Shown piece by piece: positions 61,889 through 64,000 of a stretch of DNA of 64,000 nucleotides. Under the pieces are notes generated by a model that saw nothing but the letters and a program-made list of their open reading frames with translations, did not search any database and was not told where the DNA came from. The first letter of the stretch is position 1; each line of letters starts with the position of its first letter. The translations under genes were made by a program, and so were the position numbers. The DNA is from Gemmatimonadota bacterium (lineage in GTDB: Bacteria; Gemmatimonadota; Gemmatimonadetes; Palauibacterales; Palauibacteraceae): positions 1-64,000 of the forward strand of contig JBHIAV010000009.1 in NCBI GenBank assembly GCA_046758745.1. Direction: 5' to 3'.

Positions 61889-62198
61889 CAGCGGCCTCCG
61901 CAGCGGATCAGAAACCATGTCGGTACCACCCCCTGCAGGGGAAGACGCAAAGCCCGCCAAACAATCTAGTACGGGGGCAGCCGGGTCGCACCCCGCTGTG
62001 GCTGCGGGCCGTCTGGCCGGCCTCCCGGTTCCGCCCCAGCGGTTGACAGGCTCCTGCGGGTGCGCCCGGTGCATGGCTGTCTCCGGGACACGACCCGCCG
62101 CCCTGCTTCTTGAATTCGCGCTGTTTTTTCGCTGCGCACGACATTTTCTAGCGACGAGAGTCGGGCGCGCTGCGACGATTCCCTTCCGCAACGCGAAT

Positions 62199-62225
62199 TA
62201 ACGCGGCTTATCGCCAGCACTTACG
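62199..62225. promoter_or_regulatory. TAAC-N17-(G/C)TTA motif upstream of the second tadG-like gene
   Basis: TAACGCG-N11-GCACTTACG, matching 21267-21293 at both ends. Confidence 0.4.
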
Positions 62226-62249
62226 AGATCGGCGTTTCTCCAGAAAGTC

Positions 62250-62265
62250 AGGCACTCCAGTTGCG
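62250..62265 (+). promoter_or_regulatory. putative sigma54 (-24/-12) promoter
   Basis: AGGCACTCCAGTTGCG has GG-N10-GC with GGCAC and TTGC, about 120 nt before the tadG-like start. Confidence 0.6.
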
Positions 62266-62383
62266 GCCAAAGCCGGACGCCAGCAGTCGCACGCACACCA
62301 GCCCTGCGGGGGCCCACCTGGCTGGAGGCCGCAAACGGCGCACGATGGCGGGATGCAGGGCGTTCTCTCCCGGAGGCAGATCG

Positions 62384-63547
62384 ATGATCAGGAACCTGAA
62401 GAGGCTGGTCTCCGACGAACGAGGAGCCGTCCTCCTGCTGGTGGCCGGCAGCATGATGGCGCTGCTCTCCGTGGTGGCCTTGGCAGTGGATTTCGGCATG
62501 CTGACCGTCGCTCGAACCGAAGCGCAGCGCGTGGCCGACCTGTCGGCCCTCGCCGGGGCGGGGGGACTGCTTCAGTCACCGGGAAACGAGCCCCTGGCTC
62601 GCGCACTTGCCGTCGACTACGCCTTGCGCAATGACATCCGACACAACGAGGCGATCGTGCAGCCGACCGACGTCGAGGTCGACCTGGTCAATGATCGGGT
62701 GACGGTCACAGTGTATCGCACGATCGAGCGGGGCAACCCCGTCAACACCTTCTTCGCACGCGTGTTCGGGGTGAACGGCGTGAGCATCGCCGCGCGAGCC
62801 ACCGCCGAAGCGAGCCCGGCCGGGGGAGTGAACTGTCTCCTGCCGCTCGCCCTCCCGGATCGCTGGTTCGAGGCGGGGGGACCGGGCAACGACCCCGACG
62901 ACTATAACGCCGACCACGGCGACTACTACGTCCCGTGGGATCCGGCCGCGCCGAGCGCGCCGTACACCGGATACAGCGAAGCCGATGTCGGGGTGCGGAT
63001 CATGATCAAGGCCAATACGGGGCCCGGCAGCATGAACCCGAGCTGGTACTTTCCGTGGGCTCCCCCCGATCCGGACTCGACGGATCCCGCCGGCGTGAGG
63101 GGCGCGGAGCTCTACTCGCTGCGGATCAGCGGATGCATCGCGACCGACAAGGGCTACGTGTTCGGGCCGGGCTCCGTCGTCGACACGGAGCCCGGCAGCA
63201 TGACGGGACCGACCAAGGCGGGCTTCCAGAGGCTCATCGCGAAAGATCCGAACGCGGCGTGGAACACGGGCATGAATTGCGTCACGGACGCGCTGTACCA
63301 GTTGAGCAACGATCCGACCTACTGCCGCGGGAGCGCCCGGGTCCGCGCGATGCCCATGTTCAACCCTACCGAGGAGCCGGATCCCGGTAGAAAGCCCTTC
63401 ACCTTCACGAACTTCGTCGGCGTGTTCGTCGAGGAGATCGAGGGGAACAAGATCTACGCGCGGTTCACCGGCTACACGGGCGTCACGTTCGGTGGAACGG
63501 GTTCGCCCTCCGCCGCGCTGTTCAAGAAGCTGCAGCTCATCGACTAG
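62384..63547 (+). CDS. TadG-like Flp pilus assembly protein (paralog of 23255-24406)
   Basis: SDERG|AVLLLVAGSMMALLSVVALAVDFG...QRVADLSALAGA; RBS GGAGG. Confidence 0.87.
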   Translation: MIRNLKRLVSDERGAVLLLVAGSMMALLSVVALAVDFGMLTVARTEAQRVADLSALAGAGGLLQSPGNEPLARALAVDYALRNDIRHNEAIVQPTDVEVDLVNDRVTVTVYRTIERGNPVNTFFARVFGVNGVSIAARATAEASPAGGVNCLLPLALPDRWFEAGGPGNDPDDYNADHGDYYVPWDPAAPSAPYTGYSEADVGVRIMIKANTGPGSMNPSWYFPWAPPDPDSTDPAGVRGAELYSLRISGCIATDKGYVFGPGSVVDTEPGSMTGPTKAGFQRLIAKDPNAAWNTGMNCVTDALYQLSNDPTYCRGSARVRAMPMFNPTEEPDPGRKPFTFTNFVGVFVEEIEGNKIYARFTGYTGVTFGGTGSPSAALFKKLQLID

Positions 63548-64000
63548 CCGCGGAAAGCCCGAGCGGCGCATAGGACGCCGGAGCCTCAGCGGGAAGCTGA
63601 AGGGGAGTCGGCCCTAACTCGCCGCTCGGCCGCCGGCCCACCCCCACCGCAGGCCGCTGTAGAGGAAGGGAACGCCGCCCGCTGCGCATGTGTTTATCCT
63701 CAGGGAGGGACAGGTATCACGCCGGCGGAGGCGAGACTCCAGGTGGACCGCCAGCGGTCATCACCCCCAGGCAGCGGAAGAGGCGGGAGCTGCCGGGCCT
63801 CTCTCCAGGCCGCCGTGCCCAACAGCTCACAAACACCTCGAGTGACCAGCAGAAACCACACCCCTGCCGCTCAGCCGCTACGAAGGCGCCGGGACGCAGA
63901 ACCCTGCGGATTCTCGTGACACTCTGGGATGCTCTGACTCCCTGCTTCATGCCAGAAGACGGCTGCGACGATCGGAAGGACCCGAACCAAGGAGGGAGAG

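Noticed and set aside
63559-63629. 10-bp inverted repeat enclosing small hairpins after tadG-2
   Set aside because: GC-only stem with no U-tract and no RNA family features; most likely a generic 3' stabilising structure.
63717-63950. 77-aa minus-strand ORF at the right edge
   Set aside because: No RBS and no recognisable motif; cannot be supported from this window.
1-64000. CRISPR array, rRNA, transposase or integrase
   Set aside because: I saw no regularly spaced repeats, rRNA-like sequence or recognisable transposase/integrase ORF; any island integrase would lie left of the window.

Overview
GC-rich bacterial chromosomal window with no rRNA and no CRISPR array. The protein styles (membrane Ser/Thr kinase-TPR, BTAD fusion, choice-of-anchor B, CRTAC1-type propellers) suggest Gemmatimonadota; this is an inference. 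The left ~2.8 kb looks like the edge of an island integrated at a tRNA-His 3' end, carrying a TcmP/DUF5131 pair and an HTH ORF. The rest mixes housekeeping and accessory genes: ychF, chdC/hemQ, Ku-LigD NHEJ, two kinases, scattered Flp/TadG genes, a radical-SAM/SixA/Pcm/AmrS locus, dodecin, cfa, an APC-EIIA-RCK transporter and a multiheme cytochrome with a CRTAC1-like partner. Top leads: (1) a complete mxaRSACKL-like MoxR/VWA cassette with no methanol dehydrogenase in the window, placed behind two secreted FG-GAP beta-propeller genes; (2) a probable cysteine-sensing attenuator (8-Cys leader peptide, antiterminator, intrinsic terminator) in front of an ATP-grasp gene; (3) a kinase-SARP/BTAD fusion; (4) a HEPN-like/MshEN-like fusion; (5) a shared TAAC-N17-GTTA-type motif upstream of all three Tad genes. 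All family calls come from motif recognition by eye, not from database searches.
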